This document shows positions 35,332 to 38,773 of a stretch of DNA of 38,773 nucleotides, one piece after another (within the stretch, counting starts at the first letter, position 1; each line of letters opens with the position of its first letter). The notes under the pieces are model-generated. The model ran no database searches. It saw nothing but the letters and a program-made list of their open reading frames with translations, and was not told the origin of the DNA. This stretch comes from Octopus bimaculoides (taxonomy: Eukaryota). The stretch spans positions 167,969,830 to 168,008,602 of the forward strand of contig NC_068981.1 of NCBI RefSeq assembly GCF_001194135.2, read 5' to 3'. Made by a program: the position numbers and the translations under genes.

Positions 35332-35670
35332 TGGCTGGCTGGATGGATGGATGAATGGATGGATGGATGGATGGATGGATGGATTGATGGATNNNNNNNN
35401 NNTGGATGAATGGATGGATGGATGGATGGATGGATGGATTGATGGATGGATGGATGGATGGATGGATGGATGGATGGATGGATGGATGAGTAAATGAATG
35501 GATTAGAGTGTGGATTCGTCGAGGGATCAAAAAATATTGGGCGGGTGCATGGTTACACTGATGATTCAAGAAGACAGATGGATGGATGGACTAAGTGTTG
35601 GTTGGTTGTATTAGTTAACTTTTGATTGGGTTTGAATAAATGGATCCATGGCTTGATATGAATCCATTGA
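35225..35670 (+). repeat. Dispersed repeat, copy 2, containing expanded (GGCT)/(GGAT)n
   Basis: Same anchors as 22560-22790, with about 200 bp more tetranucleotide repeat between the first two anchors. Confidence 0.85.
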
Positions 35671-35799
35671 AATATTTCAAATAGTTGTGGCTAGGTTGTT
35701 GTATTCTGTGTTTGGTAGATGTTTAAGTCAGTTCTTGTACCACACTGTATTGCTTAGTAGAAATAACTTCCGACCTGATCGTAACTATGTATATACACT

Positions 35800-35934
35800 G
35801 AAATAGCAAGGATTGGGCAGTTGGAGATAATCTGGTGACAAATGCTTTAGTGCCTCTTACAATATGCCTTATGGTATTTGTTTCGGCTATTTCATCCTTC
35901 CAGGATTGATAAAATACTGTATTCAACTTAGATC
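35800..35934 (+). mobile_element. Degenerate SINE family 1 copy (first of a tandem array)
   Basis: acaaatgcttt...tttcatccttccaggattgataaaatac. Confidence 0.5.
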
Positions 35935-35935
35935 G

Positions 35936-36136
35936 AGCAGCGAGCTGGCAGAATCGTTAGAACATCGAAAAAATGCTTTGTGGCATTTGTTCGAGCTCAT
36001 TATGTTCTGAGTTCAAATTCTGCCTAGAATGATTTTACCTTCCACCCTTTCGGGGTCGAGGAAATAAAGTACAAGTCCAGTACAGGTGTAGACGTAATCG
36101 ACTTACCCCTCCCTTCAAAACTGCTGGCTTTGTGTC
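35936..36136 (+). mobile_element. SINE family 1 (tail type B, cut short by the next copy)
   Basis: agcagcgagctggcagaatcgttag...gttctgagttcaaattc...ccctttcggggtcga...ctgctggctttgtgtc. Confidence 0.9.
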
Positions 36137-36352
36137 AAGGCGGTGTACTGGTAGAATCGTTAGCACGCCGGTCGAAATGCTTAGCGGTATTTCATCTGCC
36201 GCTACGTTCTGAGTTCAAATTCCGCCGAGGTCGACTTTGCCTTTCATCCTTTCAGAGTCGATAAATTAAGTACCAGTGAAACGCTGGGGTCGATTGGATC
36301 AACTAGTTCCCTCCCCACAAATTTTAGGCCTCGTGCCTATAGTAGAAAGGAT
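36137..36352 (+). mobile_element. SINE family 1, near-consensus copy (tail type A)
   Basis: aaggcggtgtactggtagaatcgttagcacgccggtcgaaatgcttagcgg...gagttcaaattccgccgaggtcgactttgcctttcatcc...aggcctcgtgcctatagtagaaagg. Confidence 0.93.
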
Positions 36353-36371
36353 CATTATCACTATCATTATT

Positions 36372-36567
36372 AAAGCGGCGAAATGACAGAATCGTTAGGA
36401 CGCCGGACAAAATGCTTTGCGGCATTTCGTCCGTTTTTTTACGTTCTGAGTTCAAATTTCGATGGCGTCGACTTCGCCTTTCATCCTTTCGGGGCCGACA
36501 TAATCGATTTACTCCTCCCCTCCTGAACTTGCCGGCTTTGTGCCACCATCATCATCACCATCATCGT
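36372..36567 (+). mobile_element. SINE family 1 (tail type B) ending in (CAT)n
   Basis: aaagcggcgaaatgacagaatcgttagg...gagttcaaattt...gcctttcatcctttcgggg...gccggctttgtgcc. Confidence 0.88.
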
Positions 36568-36759
36568 CGTATAATTGTGTGCGTGAGTTGACAGATATAT
36601 ATATATATATATATAAATTATTCACGTAGATATACATATATGTGTGTGTATGTTTGCGTGTGTGTGTGTGTGAGTGTGCGTGCAAGAGTTACATATAAAT
36701 ATGTGTGTGTTACAGATAAGCGTATGTCTCTGTTTGTGTCCTTAACATTGTTTATGTTT

Positions 36760-36954
36760 ATGGTCATCGTTTAAACAACGATGGGGTTTATGTTACTGTT
36801 TCCTTTTGTCCCGTAACATAACGATCTGATGGATGGAGAAATACCTGACAGGAAAATTAGTACTGGAATCACAGATGTGATCGACTAAGTTCTCGTAGGC
36901 AGTGTCCCTGCGTGGCCACAGTTCAATGACTAACACAAATATGAATAATAAAAG

Positions 36955-36958
<4 letters not shown>
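36760..36958 (+). mobile_element. SINE-like element with tail type C and a different upstream body
   Basis: gtgtccctgcgtggccacagttcaatgactaacac...taaaagaac matches the 17618-17660 tail; the upstream tgtcccgtaac segment differs from family 1. Confidence 0.5.
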
Positions 36959-36998
<40 letters not shown>

Positions 36999-37946
36999 NN
37001 NNNNNNNNNNNNNNNNNNNNNNNNNNNNNNNNNNNNNNNNNNNNNNNNNNNNNNNNNNNNNNNNNNNNNNNNNNNNNNNNNNNNNNNNNNNNNNNNNNNN
37101 NNNNNNNNNNNNNNNNNNNNNNNNNNNNNNNNNNNNNNNNNNNNNNNNNNNNNNNNNNNNNNNNNNNNNNNNNNNNNNNNNNNNNNNNNNNNNNNNNNNN
37201 NNNNNNNNNNNNNNNNNNNNNNNNNNNNNNNNNNNNNNNNNNNNNNNNNNNNNNNNNNNNNNNNNNNNNNNNNNNNNNNNNNNNNNNNNNNNNNNNNNNN
37301 NNNNNNNNNNNNNNNNNNNNNNNNNNNNNNNNNNNNNNNNNNNNNNNNNNNNNNNNNNNNNNNNNNNNNNNNNNNNNNNNNNNNNNNNNNNNNNNNNNNN
37401 NNNNNNNNNNNNNNNNNNNNNNNNNNNNNNNNNNNNNNNNNNNNNNNNNNNNNNNNNNNNNNNNNNNNNNNNNNNNNNNNNNNNNNNNNNNNNNNNNNNN
37501 NNNNNNNNNNNNNNNNNNNNNNNNNNNNNNNNNNNNNNNNNNNNNNNNNNNNNNNNNNNNNNNNNNNNNNNNNNNNNNNNNNNNNNNNNNNNNNNNNNNN
37601 NNNNNNNNNNNNNNNNNNNNNNNNNNNNNNNNNNNNNNNNNNNNNNNNNNNNNNNNNNNNNNNNNNNNNNNNNNNNNNNNNNNNNNNNNNNNNNNNNNNN
37701 NNNNNNNNNNNNNNNNNNNNNNNNNNNNNNNNNNNNNNNNNNNNNNNNNNNNNNNNNNNNNNNNNNNNNNNNNNNNNNNNNNNNNNNNNNNNNNNNNNNN
37801 NNNNNNNNNNNNNNNNNNNNNNNNNNNNNNNNNNNNNNNNNNNNNNNNNNNNNNNNNNNNNNNNNNNNNNNNNNNNNNNNNNNNNNNNNNNNATATATAA
37901 TAAATTGGTTGAGTGCCCTTCTTTCGTTTGTACACTCACACGTGTT

Positions 37947-37977
<31 letters not shown>

Positions 37978-38773
37978 TGCATATATGTATCTTTAATATA
38001 TATATTTATATATATGTATATAGATATATATTCATATTCATGTATATACATATATGTGTGTGCTTGTGTGTATGTGAGTGTGTAAGTGCATACCGTGAAG
38101 TGCTGGTTATAAAAACTATTACTTCCATTAAAAAAAAGCGTACCAGACTGAGGCACCCTGCAACCCAGATACCCAAATTCAGTATTTAACTAAAATACTT
38201 CTAATTGCAAATCTAAATAACACTCTCTACCCTATATTTCCTCCCTTCTTCTTTTTTGTGAAGGGACCACATACTGTAATCTGTGCCTAGATTTATTCAT
38301 GTAATTTAAACTATTATAACTCCATGTTTAAGATGGCGCACAACCATTAACGCATTGCCACTGAACACATATATGGAGCTATGATTTAACTTTATGTATA
38401 ACTAGCTATCCATTTATTAGTTTTATATATATATATATGCATATATAGAGATATACTTTTAAAAGACATAGATAGTTTCATAGACCTCTCAGATCGTAGC
38501 TTGTTTTATTTCCAAAGGTTTTAACAATTCATACGTTTAGTAACGTAATTGCTCTTTTAACTTTTAAACGATGTTCAGGTCCGGTTTTGCCTCGGTGTGT
38601 CACTGGCTCATTAAATAATCTATTGAAATTCCAGTCCTATGATTTTTTTTTTAATATTTATTTTAAAACTAAGTAGAAATTTAATTATGCATATACATAA
38701 ATAATATGTATATAAATACATATATTTGTATGTACCTTCATTATACAAAAATATAAGAATTCATATATATATA

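Noticed and set aside
849-38189. Long ORFs in the track made of X runs and IY/CV/HT/poly-N/L/Y/I tracts
   Set aside because: They are translations of N gaps and di-/trinucleotide microsatellites, with no domain content.

Overview
Eukaryotic (animal) genomic DNA: AT-rich, very rich in microsatellites, with about 7.1 kb of N gaps, most of them flanked by simple repeats. The tRNA-derived SINE family (GGCGGCGAGCTGGCAGAA...GAGTTCAAATTCC...CCTTTCATCCTTTCGGGGTCGATAAA) and the repeat landscape resemble my recollection of Octopus genomes, so the organism call is an inference. The only well-supported gene is a divergent small-conductance Ca2+-activated K+ channel (SK/KCNN family) on the + strand. Its S1-S6, pore, calmodulin-binding and coiled-coil regions all lie in one uninterrupted ORF (ATG 7384 to TGA 8838, 484 aa), downstream of a strong splice acceptor at 7359/7360. 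It has a TLGYGD filter, both KCa3.1-type inner-pore residues (Thr/Val), and lacks the conserved CaM-binding-domain Trp. The rest is intronic or intergenic. It holds about 15 SINE copies or fragments (several in same-strand head-to-tail clusters), a Tigger/pogo-like MITE, a 124-bp Tc1/mariner-type MITE, a 153-bp near-perfect inverted repeat, a decayed hammerhead-like motif, a 31-bp palindromic minisatellite, a dispersed repeat with an expanded (GGAT)n, possible piggyBac and Penelope relics, and a probable false duplication across a gap. I found no CRISPR array, operon or clearly new multi-gene system. Most other ORFs in the track are artefacts of N gaps and microsatellites.
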